DNA of 64,000 nt from a bacterium. GTDB taxonomy: Bacteria > UBA8248. The notes beneath the pieces were generated by a model. That model worked only from the letters and a program-made list of their open reading frames with translations, was not told the origin of the DNA and ran no database searches. Location: contig CBDBEV010000001.1 of assembly GCA_965204535.1 (NCBI GenBank), forward strand, positions 2,496,001-2,560,000. The letters run 5' to 3'. Made by a program: the position numbers and the translations under genes. Shown one piece after another: positions 1-10,724 of the stretch. Position 1 is the stretch's first letter; the number at the start of each line of letters is the position of its first letter.

Positions 1-186
1 TTTTGCGGATACTGCGAAGAAGCCTGCCCGGTCGGCGCGGTCGTGCTGGGCAACGAGTATGAATTCTGCCAGGACGACCGCGGCAAGTTCCTCTACGAGA
101 AGGGCGATTTACTCGTGGAAAGCACCGAGGATCATCCGGAGCTTCATGCCCGCTATGACGAGAAAAACCTACTCACGTATGTCTAG
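1..186 (+). CDS. nuoI: NADH-quinone oxidoreductase subunit I, C-terminal part (truncated by window edge)
   Basis: Frame 1 reads FCGYCEEACPVGAVVLGNEYEF...LLTYV*, i.e. the second 4Fe-4S motif (CxxCxxxCP), immediately upstream of nuoJ. Confidence 0.88.
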   Translation, partial: FCGYCEEACPVGAVVLGNEYEFCQDDRGKFLYEKGDLLVESTEDHPELHARYDEKNLLTYV

Positions 187-231
187 GGTTCGATTTGAAG
201 CGGGCGCCCGCCCGCTGGAGGATGGGCGGTA

Positions 232-750
232 GTGGCCAGTTCCCTGTTTTTTTATTTCCTGGCGGTGGTGACGACGGTGGGCGCGATAGCCGTCGTCGCG
301 TTCCCAAGCCCGCTCTACAGCGTGCTCGCCCTGATCCTGACGTTCCTGGGTCTCGCCGGACTGTATCTCTCGCTTCACGCGCAGTTCGTCGCCATTGTTC
401 AGGTGATCATCTACGCCAGCGCGATCATGATGCTCTTCCTGTTCGTGGTGATGCTGATTAACCTGGGCCGGGAGGAGAAGCGAGAGTTGCGCCTGCCCGG
501 CCAGAAGCTGCTGGGCGCCATCGCGGGGCTCGCCGTTTTCAGCGTGCTGCTCAAGATATTCCTCTCCACCTCGCTCATGACGGGAAAGAAGGGGAGCTTC
601 CCGCCCCAGCGGGTGAGCGAACTCGGCAACACGCAGATTATCGGCAACCTTTTGTTGACGGATTACGTCCTGCCGTTTCAGGCCATGGGCGTCTTGTTGT
701 TCGTGGGCATCGTCGGCGCCGTGGTGCTGGCGCGCAGGCGAAGCCGCTAG
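232..750 (+). CDS. nuoJ: NADH-quinone oxidoreductase subunit J (copy 1)
   Basis: Hydrophobic 172 aa; AQFVAIVQVIIYASAIMMLFLFVVML and YVLPFQAMGVLL motifs; GGAGG RBS; nuoI-J-K order. Confidence 0.93.
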   Translation: MASSLFFYFLAVVTTVGAIAVVAFPSPLYSVLALILTFLGLAGLYLSLHAQFVAIVQVIIYASAIMMLFLFVVMLINLGREEKRELRLPGQKLLGAIAGLAVFSVLLKIFLSTSLMTGKKGSFPPQRVSELGNTQIIGNLLLTDYVLPFQAMGVLLFVGIVGAVVLARRRSR

Positions 751-762
751 GAGGGGTGAGGC

Positions 763-1065
763 GTGGCGCCGCTTGAGCATTACCTGATTCTGAGCGCGGT
801 TCTCTTCTCCTTGGGCGTCGTGGGCGTCGTGGTGCGCAGAAACGCCATCGTCGTCATCTTGTGCATTGAGTTGATGATGAACGGGGCGAATCTGGCGTTC
901 GTGGCCTATGGCCGGTACCTGGATTCGATGGCGGGCCAGATGATCGTGTTTTTCGTGATGGCGGTGGCCGCGGCGGAAGCCGCCATCGGGCTGGCCATCG
1001 TGGTGCTGATCTACAGAAACCGCGAATCCACCGACCTGGACGAGATCAATCTACTGAAGCTATAG
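763..1065 (+). CDS. nuoK: NADH-quinone oxidoreductase subunit K (copy 1)
   Basis: 100 aa; [16 protein letters not shown] and [12 protein letters not shown] motifs. Confidence 0.95.
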   Translation: MAPLEHYLILSAVLFSLGVVGVVVRRNAIVVILCIELMMNGANLAFVAYGRYLDSMAGQMIVFFVMAVAAAEAAIGLAIVVLIYRNRESTDLDEINLLKL

Positions 1066-1077
1066 AGTTAAGGAATC

Positions 1078-2982
1078 ATGGATAGTCTGACCCTCATATT
1101 GTTGTTCCCCCTCATCGGCGTGCTGGTGAACCTGATCTTCGGCTGGAAGCGCGGGGAGAAGTTCGCCGGCTGGACCGCGACGCTGGCGATGGCGCTCGCT
1201 TTCGCGGCGTCGATCGTGGGCTGGCTCCGCCTTTTGGGGATGCCCGAAAATGCGCGGCTCATCCGCGTCGTCTTGTTCGAGTGGATTCCCGTAGGCGCCT
1301 TCGAGGTCAAGGCGAGCTTCTTGCTGGATCCGCTCTCCGCCGTCATGGCGCTCGTCGTCACCGGCGTCGGGACGCTCATCCACCTCTACTCGATGGGCTA
1401 CATGCACGGCGACCGCGGCGTGGTGCGCTATTTCATCTACCTGAACCTCTTCTCGCTCTCGATGCTCACGCTCGTCCTGGGCGACAACTTCGTTGTCATG
1501 TTCGTGGGCTGGGAGGCGGTGGGTCTTTGCAGTTACCTGCTCATCGGCTTCTGGTACGAGCGCAAGGCGGCGGCCGAGGCCGGCAAGAAGGCCTTCATCG
1601 TGAACCGGGTGGGTGATTTCTGCTTCCTGATAGCGCTTTTCTACATCTACAGCGTCGTCGGCTCGCTGGATTTCGCGGCCGTGTTCTCGAAGGCTCCTCA
1701 GTTGCTCGGTCTCGAGAGCGCTGCGGCGACGATCATCTGCCTGCTGCTCTTCGCGGGCGCCACGGGCAAGAGCGCGCAGATTCCGCTTTATGTCTGGCTG
1801 CCCGACGCGATGGAAGGCCCCACCCCGGTCAGCGCCCTGATACACGCGGCCACCATGGTGACCGCGGGCGTCTACATGGTGGCGAGAGCGCACGTGCTCT
1901 TCGAACTTTCATCGGCGGCGATGCTGGTGGTGGCCGTCGTCGGCGCGCTCACGCTGTTGATGGCCGCGACCATCGCCCTGGTCCAGACCGACATCAAGAA
2001 AGTGCTCGCCTACAGCACGGTGAGCCAACTCGGCTATATGTTCCTCGCATGCGGCGTGGGGGCGTTCTCCGCAGCGATCTTCCACCTGATGACCCATGCG
2101 TTTTTCAAGGCGCTCCTGTTCCTGGGTGCGGGGAGCGTGATTCACGCGCTGGACGGCGAGCAGGACATCCGCAGGATGGGCGGACTCCACGCGGCCCTTC
2201 CGCGAACGAGCAACACCTTCGTGGTCGGTGCGCTGGCCATCGCGGGCGTATTCCCCTTCGCCGGTTTTTTCAGCAAGGACGCCATTCTCTACTCGGCCAT
2301 GACGGCCGAGCGCGGCGGTATTCTCCTGTGGCTCGCCGGCGCGGCGGGCGCGCTCATGACGGCGTTCTACATGTTCAGGCTCTTGTTCCGCGTGTTCTTC
2401 GGCACCTGCAATCTGAGCCTGGAGGAGCAGCAGAAAGTCCATGAATCTCCCACGAACATGACGCTCCCGCTACAGGTGCTGGCGGCGCTCTCCATCGGCG
2501 GCGGCTGGGTGGGGATTCCCGTCATCACGGGAGCGAACGTTTTTGGGGATTTCCTGGCGCCCGCTTTCGGCGGTCACGTGGAGGCGCACCACGAGGTGGT
2601 GTTCGAGATACTGATGATGATCTTCTCGCTCGCCATCGCCTTCATCGGCATTTACGCGGCCTACAATCTCTATGTGCTGAAGAGCGGCGGCGGGAGCGCG
2701 TACGCGAAACTCTGGCCGGGCATCCACCGGCTTTTGGTGAACAAGTATTACGTGGACGAGATATACGACGCCGTAATCGTCCAGCCGGTGAAGCGGGCGT
2801 CGATCTGGTGCTGGCGAGCGTTCGAGGACGGCCTGGTGGACGCGGCCGTGAACGGCGCGGGCTTTTTCGTGCGGTCCCTGGGCGGCGTCCTGAGGCGCCT
2901 CCAGACGGGCTACGTGAAGAGCTACGCCGTTTCGATGCTGGTCGGCGCGCTGGCGATTTTGCTGTATCTCACGGCGCGCTGA
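1078..2982 (+). CDS. nuoL: NADH-quinone oxidoreductase subunit L (copy 1)
   Basis: GKSAQIPLYVWLPDAMEGPTPVSALIHAATMVTAG and HAFFKALLFL motifs. Confidence 0.96.
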   Translation: MDSLTLILLFPLIGVLVNLIFGWKRGEKFAGWTATLAMALAFAASIVGWLRLLGMPENARLIRVVLFEWIPVGAFEVKASFLLDPLSAVMALVVTGVGTLIHLYSMGYMHGDRGVVRYFIYLNLFSLSMLTLVLGDNFVVMFVGWEAVGLCSYLLIGFWYERKAAAEAGKKAFIVNRVGDFCFLIALFYIYSVVGSLDFAAVFSKAPQLLGLESAAATIICLLLFAGATGKSAQIPLYVWLPDAMEGPTPVSALIHAATMVTAGVYMVARAHVLFELSSAAMLVVAVVGALTLLMAATIALVQTDIKKVLAYSTVSQLGYMFLACGVGAFSAAIFHLMTHAFFKALLFLGAGSVIHALDGEQDIRRMGGLHAALPRTSNTFVVGALAIAGVFPFAGFFSKDAILYSAMTAERGGILLWLAGAAGALMTAFYMFRLLFRVFFGTCNLSLEEQQKVHESPTNMTLPLQVLAALSIGGGWVGIPVITGANVFGDFLAPAFGGHVEAHHEVVFEILMMIFSLAIAFIGIYAAYNLYVLKSGGGSAYAKLWPGIHRLLVNKYYVDEIYDAVIVQPVKRASIWCWRAFEDGLVDAAVNGAGFFVRSLGGVLRRLQTGYVKSYAVSMLVGALAILLYLTAR

Positions 2983-3018
2983 TGGTTTTTTCGATTCTTT
3001 GAGGAGCGTGAGGGGCGA

Positions 3019-4575
3019 GTGCCTGGAATAATCACCTCGATACTGTTTTTGCCCATGCTGGGGGGGCTGCTGCTCCTTCTCCTGCGTGAGGGCGAGGGAA
3101 AAGACGGCGGCGGCATCCGCGCGTTCGCGCTGGCGGCCTCCCTGGTCACGTTCGCCCTCTCGGTGGTGATGTACCTGGGCTTCCGGCCCGATTACGCGGG
3201 CATGCAGTTCGTCGAGGAAGCGGTGTGGATTCCGAGGTTCGGGATTTCCTACAAGGTGGGTGTGGACGGCATCAGCCTGCTGCTCGTGATGCTGACCACC
3301 ATCCTGACGCCGGTCGCGATCCTCTTCTCCTTCGACGACGTGCGCAAGAAGACGCGGCTCTACTACATGTCCCTGCTGTTCCTGGAGACGGGGATGCTCG
3401 GCGTGTTCTTCGCGCTCGATTTCTTCCTGTTCTACGTCTTCTGGGAGGGAATGCTGATTCCGATGTACCTCATCATCGGGGTCTGGGGCGGGGGCCGAAG
3501 GATTTACGCGGCCGTCAAGTTCTTCCTCTACACCATGGCCGGAAGCGTGCTGATGCTCGTGGCGATCATCTGGCTGTACTTCGCGAGCGGGGTCGGCACG
3601 TTCGACATCCTCGCGCATTTCCGCGAACCCGTGGACGCCGCTCTCCAGCCGTGGCTGTTCGCCGCGTTCGCCATCTCCTTCGCCATCAAGGTGCCGATTT
3701 TCCCGTTCCACACCTGGCTGCCCGACGCCCACGTGGAAGCGCCCACGGCGGGAAGCGTCATCCTCGCCGGCGTCCTCTTGAAGATGGGCACGTACGGCTT
3801 CATGCGGCTGGCGATGCCGCTGTTTCCGACGGCGGCGCGCGAGTTTGCGTTCCTCATCATATGCCTGGCGCTGGTGGGGATCATCTACGGGGCGCTCATG
3901 GCCATGGTACAGACCGACGTGAAAAAGCTCGTGGCCTATTCCTCGGTGAGTCACCTGGGGTTCGTGATGCTGGGGCTTTTCTCTTTCAACCTGCTGGGCG
4001 CCTCGGGGAGCGTCATCCAGATGGTGAACCACGGCATCAGCAGCGGGGCGCTCTTCCTGATCGTGGGCTTCATCTATTCGAGGCGGCACACGAGGCAAAT
4101 CGATGAGTTCGGCGGGCTTCTTCGGGTGATGCCCGTCTTTTCGACGTTTTTCATCATCACCGCGCTCAGTAGCATCGGCCTGCCGGGGCTGAACGGCTTC
4201 GTGGGCGAGTTCACGATCCTGCTGGGCGCGTTCGAGCGCAACGCCTGGTTCGCCGTCATCGCGGCCACCGGCGTGGTGCTCTCCGCCGTCTACATGCTCT
4301 GGATGCTCCAGCGCGTCCTGTTCGGCGAGGTGAGCGTGCGGGCGAACCTGGGGCTGGCCGACATGAACAGGCGCGAGTGGCTCGTCATGCTGCCGATGGT
4401 GGCGCTGATGTTCTGGATCGGGCTGTATCCCAAGCCGCTGTTCAACCGTATCGAGCCCTCGGCCAAGGCTTGGCTCTCGCAGGTGAACCGCCGCGTGCTG
4501 CGCGTAGAGAAAGCGCCTGATCTAAAATTGCGAAAGAACGCGCTCGCTTATGCGCAAAGAGTCGAGGTGAAATAG
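3019..4575 (+). CDS. nuoM: NADH-quinone oxidoreductase subunit M (copy 1)
   Basis: AIKVPIFPFHTWLPDAHVEAPTAGSVILAG and KKLVAYSSVSHLG motifs. Confidence 0.96.
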   Translation: MPGIITSILFLPMLGGLLLLLLREGEGKDGGGIRAFALAASLVTFALSVVMYLGFRPDYAGMQFVEEAVWIPRFGISYKVGVDGISLLLVMLTTILTPVAILFSFDDVRKKTRLYYMSLLFLETGMLGVFFALDFFLFYVFWEGMLIPMYLIIGVWGGGRRIYAAVKFFLYTMAGSVLMLVAIIWLYFASGVGTFDILAHFREPVDAALQPWLFAAFAISFAIKVPIFPFHTWLPDAHVEAPTAGSVILAGVLLKMGTYGFMRLAMPLFPTAAREFAFLIICLALVGIIYGALMAMVQTDVKKLVAYSSVSHLGFVMLGLFSFNLLGASGSVIQMVNHGISSGALFLIVGFIYSRRHTRQIDEFGGLLRVMPVFSTFFIITALSSIGLPGLNGFVGEFTILLGAFERNAWFAVIAATGVVLSAVYMLWMLQRVLFGEVSVRANLGLADMNRREWLVMLPMVALMFWIGLYPKPLFNRIEPSAKAWLSQVNRRVLRVEKAPDLKLRKNALAYAQRVEVK

Positions 4576-4577
4576 CT

Positions 4578-6056
4578 TTGGATATCGTTCATCCCACCAT
4601 CCATTGGGGATACCTGCTGCCGGTGATTCTGCCGGTGTGCGGGGCGGTCTTGGTTTTGATGTGGGACGCCTTTCTCGCCAAGGGGGAGCGCTCCGTTATC
4701 GTCATCATCACGCTGGTGACGCTGGCCGCCGCCCTGGGCGTGACGCTCGGCGCGCGCGCGCTGCCGGGTCTGGCTGCCTCGTTCGGCGGCATGTACCTCT
4801 TCGACGGGTTCACGCAGTTCCTCTACGTCGTCATCCTGTTCGCGAGCATCTTCGCGGTGCTCATCGCCGCGGCCCAGCGGGAGTTGGACGAAACGCCGGC
4901 GGGCGAATACTTCGGCCTCATCCTCTTCGCGACTTCGGGCATGATGCTCATGGCGGCGACGCGGAACCTCCTGATGATCTTCGTGGGCCTCGAGGTGTTC
5001 TCCCTGTCGCTCTATGTCTTGGCGGGGTATCTGCGTTCGCGTCCCGAGGGCAACGAGGCGTCGCTCAAATACTTTCTGCTCGGTTCGTTCGCCTCGGGCT
5101 TTCTGCTCTACGGCATGGCGCTCATATATGGCGCCACCGGCTCGGTCGACCTGATCGAAATCGCCACGCGGCTTCACGAGAACCCCGCCTCGCGGGGAGC
5201 CGCCTTCCTGATGGGCCTGGGCTTCATGGTGGTGGGCCTGGGCTTCAAGGTGGCCGCCGCGCCGTTTTACATGTGGACGCCCGACGTTTACGAGGGCGCG
5301 CCCACCGCGGTGACGGCGTTCATGTCCGTGGGCCCCAAGGCGGCCGCGTTCGCCGCGTTCTTCCGGGTGTTTCTCTCCGCGGGCGACGCGGGCGGGAGTC
5401 TCGATTCGGTCTTGTGGGTGATGGCCGTCCTCACGATGAGCCTGGCGAACCTGATCGCCATCTGGCAGTCCTGCGTGAAGCGGATGCTCGCCTATTCCAG
5501 CATCGCTCACGCCGGCTATCTCATGGTCGCGCTCGTGGCTTCGCGATCGAGCGCGGAGCTGGCCACGAGCGGGTTTCTCTACTACATGCTCGTCTACGTC
5601 TTCATGAACATGGGCGCTTTCTGCGTGCTCATCCTCATCTCGAACATGCGCGAGGACGGCGGTACGCAGCTCGACAACCTCGCGGGGCTGGCTTCTTTCC
5701 GGCCGGGTCTCGCGGCGGCGATGGCCGTGTTCATGGTGTCGCTCTCGGGGCTGCCGCCCACCGGGGGTTTCGTGGCGAAATTCCACGTGTTCAGCGCGGC
5801 GCTGAACGGCGGCTACGTCTGGCTGACCGTGATCGCGGTGCTCAACAGCGTGGTGGCCGTGTATTATTACCTGCGCCTCGTCGTGGTGATGTACATGCGC
5901 GAACCGCAAGGCGCAGCGGCGAGCAGCGCTCCGCATCCGGGCTGGTCCTACGCCGTCGCGGCGCTCGTGCTCGCCGTCGCGAGCACCCTGCAACTGGGGA
6001 TTTTCCCCTCCTCGGTGCTGGATTTCGCCCATCGCTCCACAGTCTTTTTTAATTGA
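4578..6056 (+). CDS. nuoN: NADH-quinone oxidoreductase subunit N (copy 1)
   Basis: EASLKYFLLG, FKVAAAPFYMWTPDVYEGAPT and KRMLAYSSIAHAGY motifs; TTG start. Confidence 0.95.
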   Translation: MDIVHPTIHWGYLLPVILPVCGAVLVLMWDAFLAKGERSVIVIITLVTLAAALGVTLGARALPGLAASFGGMYLFDGFTQFLYVVILFASIFAVLIAAAQRELDETPAGEYFGLILFATSGMMLMAATRNLLMIFVGLEVFSLSLYVLAGYLRSRPEGNEASLKYFLLGSFASGFLLYGMALIYGATGSVDLIEIATRLHENPASRGAAFLMGLGFMVVGLGFKVAAAPFYMWTPDVYEGAPTAVTAFMSVGPKAAAFAAFFRVFLSAGDAGGSLDSVLWVMAVLTMSLANLIAIWQSCVKRMLAYSSIAHAGYLMVALVASRSSAELATSGFLYYMLVYVFMNMGAFCVLILISNMREDGGTQLDNLAGLASFRPGLAAAMAVFMVSLSGLPPTGGFVAKFHVFSAALNGGYVWLTVIAVLNSVVAVYYYLRLVVVMYMREPQGAAASSAPHPGWSYAVAALVLAVASTLQLGIFPSSVLDFAHRSTVFFN

Positions 6057-6225
6057 CCTCAGGGGTTGGTTTTTCGGTTCTCGCCATGATATAAGTCATG
6101 GCGGTTCGCTCGATTTCAGGCTTTTGTTCCAGGGGTTTTCGAAGGGAATGACCGCCCTGCGGCAACGATGCGGGCGGCGCATTTCTCATCGCCCCGGCGG
6201 TTAGCGGTTTTTGTGGGGGCCACGC

Positions 6226-6627
6226 ATGGATCCGGTGGAGATTGTAGGCGCATTTTTCAGGGATTATCAGGCCATCAATCCCTACATCCCCATATTTCTG
6301 GTCACGCTCATGGCGTTTGCACTCGCCGCGAGCATTCTGATCTTCGCGCTTATCGTCCGCCCGCACAACCCGGACCCCGAGAAAAACTCCCCCTATGAGT
6401 GCGGCATGCCCCCGCTGATGGAAGCGCACGAGCGTTTTTCCATCCGCTTCTACCTGCTGGGCATACTGTTCCTGCTTTTCGACGTGGAAGCCTTGTTCCT
6501 GTTCCCCTGGGCGGTGCAATATGACGCCCTCGGGTTGTTCGGATTCATCGAGATGATGCTGTTCATCGCCATCCTGTTGGTGGGTTATTTCTACGCTTGG
6601 CGAAAAGGAGCGTTGGAGTGGGCATAG
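6226..6627 (+). CDS. nuoA: NADH-quinone oxidoreductase subunit A (second gene set)
   Basis: [23 protein letters not shown] and [10 protein letters not shown] motifs; ATG 6226 chosen as start. Confidence 0.94.
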   Translation: MDPVEIVGAFFRDYQAINPYIPIFLVTLMAFALAASILIFALIVRPHNPDPEKNSPYECGMPPLMEAHERFSIRFYLLGILFLLFDVEALFLFPWAVQYDALGLFGFIEMMLFIAILLVGYFYAWRKGALEWA

Positions 6628-7094
6628 TCGAGGGTAAGTTCAGCGACAACTTCATCACGTCGAAGGTCGACAGCCTGGTCGCCTGGGCGAGGAAGAGCGC
6701 GCTCTGGCCGATGACCTTCGGCCTGGCGTGCTGCGCCATCGAGATGATGGCCTCGGGTGCGGCGCGCTACGATTTCGACCGTTTCGGCGTGATCTTCCGG
6801 GCCACGCCGCGCCAGTCCGACGTGATCATCGTGGCGGGCACCGTCACCCACAAGATGGGGGACGCGATTCGCAAGGTCTACGATCAGATGCCCGAGCCGC
6901 GCTGGGTGATCGCGATGGGCAACTGCGCCACCTGCGGCGGCCCGTACGCGAACTATGCGGTGATGCAGGGAGTGGATGAAATCATCCCGGTGGACGTCTA
7001 CGTTCCGGGTTGCCCGCCCAGGCCCGAATCCTTGATGTGGGGCGTCATGCAGCTTCAGAAAAAAATCGAACAGGAAAAATACATCCGCCGGTAA
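6618..7094 (+). CDS. nuoB: NADH-quinone oxidoreductase subunit B
   Basis: [19 protein letters not shown] and [11 protein letters not shown] motifs; GTG start after AAGGAG, overlapping the nuoA stop. Confidence 0.95.
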   Translation: MGIVEGKFSDNFITSKVDSLVAWARKSALWPMTFGLACCAIEMMASGAARYDFDRFGVIFRATPRQSDVIIVAGTVTHKMGDAIRKVYDQMPEPRWVIAMGNCATCGGPYANYAVMQGVDEIIPVDVYVPGCPPRPESLMWGVMQLQKKIEQEKYIRR

Positions 7095-7120
7095 AAGCCT
7101 GCGGCGCACAAGGGAAGAAG

Positions 7121-7711
7121 ATGCCCGACGAAGTGGTGGAAAACAGCGAAGAAACGAGCGGCGCGCCGGATTCCGGCGAGACCGCCGAAGAGGTGAAGAC
7201 CCCGCCCGGCGAGGACTTGAAGGAAGTGGTGGAATCGGCGTTTCCGGGCGCGGTGCTGGAGCAGAGCGCCTATGAGGACGATGAGGACGAGACGACGTTC
7301 GTCCTGGGCGTCGATTCGCTCGTCGCCGTCGCCGCGCATCTGCGCGATCACGGCGATTCGCTCTTCAAGCTCCTCACCGATTTGACGGCGGCGCACTACC
7401 CCGAAGCCGAGAATCCCTTCGAGATGCTCTATCACCTCTACAGCATCGAGCATAACCGCAGGCTGCGTCTCAAGGTTCGGATCAAGGAAGGCCAGGCGGT
7501 GCCCACGGTTTCGGGCGTGTGGAGCAGCGCGGACTGGATGGAGCGTGAGGTGTACGATTTGTTCGGTATCGAATTCGAGGATCATCCGGATCTCAGGCGG
7601 ATTCTTCTGCCCGACAACTGGGGCAGCCATCCGATGCGGAAGGACTATCCGCTCGAGGGTCGGGGAGAGCGGATTTACACCAAGCCGACGCGCAAGGAAA
7701 TCGGCGATTAG
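7121..7711 (+). CDS. nuoC: NADH-quinone oxidoreductase subunit C
   Basis: WMEREVYDLFGIEF, HPDLRRILLP and HPMRKDYPL motifs; acidic N-terminal extension. Confidence 0.94.
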   Translation: MPDEVVENSEETSGAPDSGETAEEVKTPPGEDLKEVVESAFPGAVLEQSAYEDDEDETTFVLGVDSLVAVAAHLRDHGDSLFKLLTDLTAAHYPEAENPFEMLYHLYSIEHNRRLRLKVRIKEGQAVPTVSGVWSSADWMEREVYDLFGIEFEDHPDLRRILLPDNWGSHPMRKDYPLEGRGERIYTKPTRKEIGD

Positions 7712-7740
7712 AGCGGCATAGCTTTTGAGGGAATGAGGAA

Positions 7741-8883
7741 ATGGTCGGCGTAGCGAACGTGTCTCGCATCGAGCAGCAGAGCACCCTGCACGGGACCGAA
7801 GAACTCGTCATCAACATGGGTCCCCAGCACCCGAGCACGCATGGCGTGCTCCGCGTCATCCTGAAGCTCGACGGCGAGACGGTGAACGATCTCGACTGCG
7901 ACATCGGCTACCTCCACCGCGGCACCGAGAAGATCGGCGAGAACATCACCTACACGATGTTCATCCCCTATACGGACCGCCTCGACTACATCGCGGCACC
8001 CTCGAACAACCTCGCGTGGGTCACGGCGGTGGAGAAATTCTTCGACTGGGAGATCCCCATGCGGGCGCAGTACATCCGCTCGATGGTAGGGGAGCTCTCC
8101 CGCATCGCCAGCCATCTGCTCTGGCTCGCCACCCACGCGCTCGACATCGGGGCGATGACGGTGTTCCTGTGGTGCTTCAGGGAGCGCGAGATGGTTCTCG
8201 ACCTCTTCGAGACGGCCTTCGGCGGCCGCCTGACGGTGAACGCCTTCCGTCTCGGCGGTCTGCACGAGGACGTGCCGGACAAGTTCCTGCAGCTCACGCA
8301 GGAGTTCGTCGACATCTTCCCGAGCAGAATCGACGACTACGAGACGCTACTCACCAACAACCGCATCTGGCTGCAGAGAACGCGCGACGTGGGCATCATC
8401 TCCGCCGAGGACGCGATGGACTTAGGCCTCACGGGGCCGATCATCCGGGGCAGCGGGGTGAGTTGGGACTTGAGGCGCGCCAAGCCATACGCGGCCTATC
8501 CCTACCTCGATTTCGTCGTGCCCGTCGGAGAGAACGGCGACATCTACGATCGCTATCTGGTGCGCATCGAGGAGTTGCGCCAGAGCACCCATATCATCCA
8601 GCAGTGCCTGGAGCAGCTTCCCGGCGGGCCGGTGACCTGCAAGACGCCCCGGACCATCAAGCCCCCCGAGGGCGAGATATACCACAGCATCGAGAACCCC
8701 AAGGGCGAGTTCGGCTTTTACATCGTGAGCGATGGGACGACGACGCCCTATCGCGTCCGCATCCGCCCGCCCTCATTCATCAACCTGGGCGGGCTGAAGA
8801 AGCTGTGCGTCGGGCAGTTGGTCGCGGACGTGGTGGCCATCATCGGAAGCATCGACATCGTTTTGGGCGAGTGTGATCGGTAA
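7741..8883 (+). CDS. nuoD: NADH-quinone oxidoreductase subunit D
   Basis: [23 protein letters not shown] and DIVLGECDR motifs. Confidence 0.96.
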   Translation: MVGVANVSRIEQQSTLHGTEELVINMGPQHPSTHGVLRVILKLDGETVNDLDCDIGYLHRGTEKIGENITYTMFIPYTDRLDYIAAPSNNLAWVTAVEKFFDWEIPMRAQYIRSMVGELSRIASHLLWLATHALDIGAMTVFLWCFREREMVLDLFETAFGGRLTVNAFRLGGLHEDVPDKFLQLTQEFVDIFPSRIDDYETLLTNNRIWLQRTRDVGIISAEDAMDLGLTGPIIRGSGVSWDLRRAKPYAAYPYLDFVVPVGENGDIYDRYLVRIEELRQSTHIIQQCLEQLPGGPVTCKTPRTIKPPEGEIYHSIENPKGEFGFYIVSDGTTTPYRVRIRPPSFINLGGLKKLCVGQLVADVVAIIGSIDIVLGECDR

Positions 8884-8894
8884 GGAGCAGTTCG

Positions 8895-9866
8895 TTGGAC
8901 ATGGCGCTTGAAATCGCGGTCGCCGCGATAAAGATATTCATCGTGCTGAACGTGGTGCAGCTCGTGGTGGCGTATACGATCTACGTCGAGCGGAAGGTGA
9001 TCGCCCACGTCCAGATGCGCATGGGGCCGATGCGTGTGGGCTGGCACGGGCTTCTCCAGCCGATAGCGGACGGGCTGAAGCTGTTCTTCAAGGAAGACAT
9101 CATACCCGACAAGGCGGACCGCATCGTGTTCGTGCTGGCGCCCGTGATGGTGCTGGTGCCCGCCTTCGTCGTCTACGCGGTGCTGCCCTTCAGCGCGACG
9201 TTCTACATCACGCAGATCAACATCGGGCTGTTCTTCATCCTGGCGATCAGTTCGCTCGGCGTATTCGGCATCGTCATGGCGGGCTGGGCCTCGAACAGCA
9301 AGTACTCGCTTCTGGGCGCGCTCAGGAGCGCGGCGCAGATGCTGAGCTACGAGATTTTCCTGGGCTTCTCCGTCATCGGGCCGCTGATGCTCGCGGGTTC
9401 CATGAACTTGCAAGAGATCGTGCACGCGCAGAGCGACGTGTGGTTCGTGTTCTATCAGCCCATCGCGTTCATCGTCTTCTTCATCGCGGCGATGGCGGAG
9501 ACGAACCGCGCGCCCTTCGACCTGCCCGAGGCGGAAACCGAACTCGTGGCGGGCTTTCACACCGAATACAGCGGAATGAAGTTCGCGTTCTTTTTCCTGG
9601 CGGAATACGCCAACATGTTTGTCGTATCGACGGTGGGCATCGTGCTGTTCTTCGGCGGATGGGATGGGCCGGATTTCATTCCGCTTCCCGGTTTCGTCTG
9701 GTACGTCCTGAAGCTCTCCGCATTCATGTTCGTGTTCATATGGCTGCGGGCGACGCTGCCGCGCTACCGCTACGATCAGCTGATGCGCGTGGGCTGGAAG
9801 TTCATGTTCCCGCTCGTGATGCTCAACATTTTCCTGACCGGATTCCTGAAGTACCTGTTCTTGTAA
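8895..9866 (+). CDS. nuoH: NADH-quinone oxidoreductase subunit H
   Basis: [36 protein letters not shown] and [13 protein letters not shown] motifs. Confidence 0.96.
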   Translation: MDMALEIAVAAIKIFIVLNVVQLVVAYTIYVERKVIAHVQMRMGPMRVGWHGLLQPIADGLKLFFKEDIIPDKADRIVFVLAPVMVLVPAFVVYAVLPFSATFYITQINIGLFFILAISSLGVFGIVMAGWASNSKYSLLGALRSAAQMLSYEIFLGFSVIGPLMLAGSMNLQEIVHAQSDVWFVFYQPIAFIVFFIAAMAETNRAPFDLPEAETELVAGFHTEYSGMKFAFFFLAEYANMFVVSTVGIVLFFGGWDGPDFIPLPGFVWYVLKLSAFMFVFIWLRATLPRYRYDQLMRVGWKFMFPLVMLNIFLTGFLKYLFL

Positions 9867-9885
9867 CTCGCGGGAGAGACGCAGA

Positions 9886-10395
9886 GTGGAGCTATATTTC
9901 TTCTATATGTTCTCGGGCGGGATGATCATCGCCTCCCTGCTGATGATCACGCGCGCGAACGTGATTCACGCGGCCCTGTTGCTGGTGCTGACGTTCTTCT
10001 TCCTCGCGGGCATCTTCGTTCTGGCGGGGGCGGAGTTCCTGGCGGCGGTGCAGATTCTGCTCTACGCGGGCGGCATCATGGTGCTCTACCTGTTCTCGAT
10101 CATGCTGATGAACGTGGAGGTGGCCGTTCGGATGCGGCAATGGCACCGTCAGGGCGTCATGGTGTTCGTGGCGGCCGCCCTGCTGGGTCTGGAAATATGG
10201 GCCGTGCTGGCGGGTGTGGAGTTCCCGGCGGCGAAGCAGTGGGAGTGGTCGCTGGGCGCCACGCCGGGCAACGTCGAAGCGCTGGGCGCGGTCCTGTACA
10301 CGAAATTCCTGTTCCCCTTCGAGGTGGCCTCCGTCCTCCTGCTGGCCGCGATGATCGGCGCCATCGTCCTGGCGAAGCGCACGATAGAGAGATAG
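9886..10395 (+). CDS. nuoJ: NADH-quinone oxidoreductase subunit J (copy 2)
   Basis: [22 protein letters not shown] and [21 protein letters not shown] motifs; starts 19 bp after nuoH. Confidence 0.94.
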   Translation: MELYFFYMFSGGMIIASLLMITRANVIHAALLLVLTFFFLAGIFVLAGAEFLAAVQILLYAGGIMVLYLFSIMLMNVEVAVRMRQWHRQGVMVFVAAALLGLEIWAVLAGVEFPAAKQWEWSLGATPGNVEALGAVLYTKFLFPFEVASVLLLAAMIGAIVLAKRTIER

Positions 10396-10414
10396 AGGGG
10401 AGAGAGTACCCGCG

Positions 10415-10717
10415 ATGATACCGATGACTCATTTTCTTATCCTGGGCGCCATATTGTTCCTCATCGGCGCGATGGGCGTTCTGATGCGACGCAACGCCAT
10501 CATCATCCTGTTGTCCATCGAGTTGATGCTCAACGCCGTGAACGTGACCTTCGTGGGCTTCTCGCGCCACCTGGCGGACATGACGGGCCAGGTGTTCGCC
10601 ATCTTCGTCATCACCGTGGCGGCGTGCGAGGCGGCCGTGGGACTTGCGATTCTCATCGCGCTCAACCGCGACCGCACGATGGTCAACGTGGACGAAGTCA
10701 ACCTTTTGAAGTGGTAG
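10415..10717 (+). CDS. nuoK: NADH-quinone oxidoreductase subunit K (copy 2)
   Basis: [17 protein letters not shown] and [12 protein letters not shown] motifs. Confidence 0.95.
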   Translation: MIPMTHFLILGAILFLIGAMGVLMRRNAIIILLSIELMLNAVNVTFVGFSRHLADMTGQVFAIFVITVAACEAAVGLAILIALNRDRTMVNVDEVNLLKW

Positions 10718-10724
10718 GGGAATC

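Noticed and set aside
7741-8883. NuoD as a group 4 [NiFe]-hydrogenase large subunit
   Set aside because: No N- or C-terminal CxxC nickel-binding motifs; the quinone-site GPQHPSTHG motif is present.
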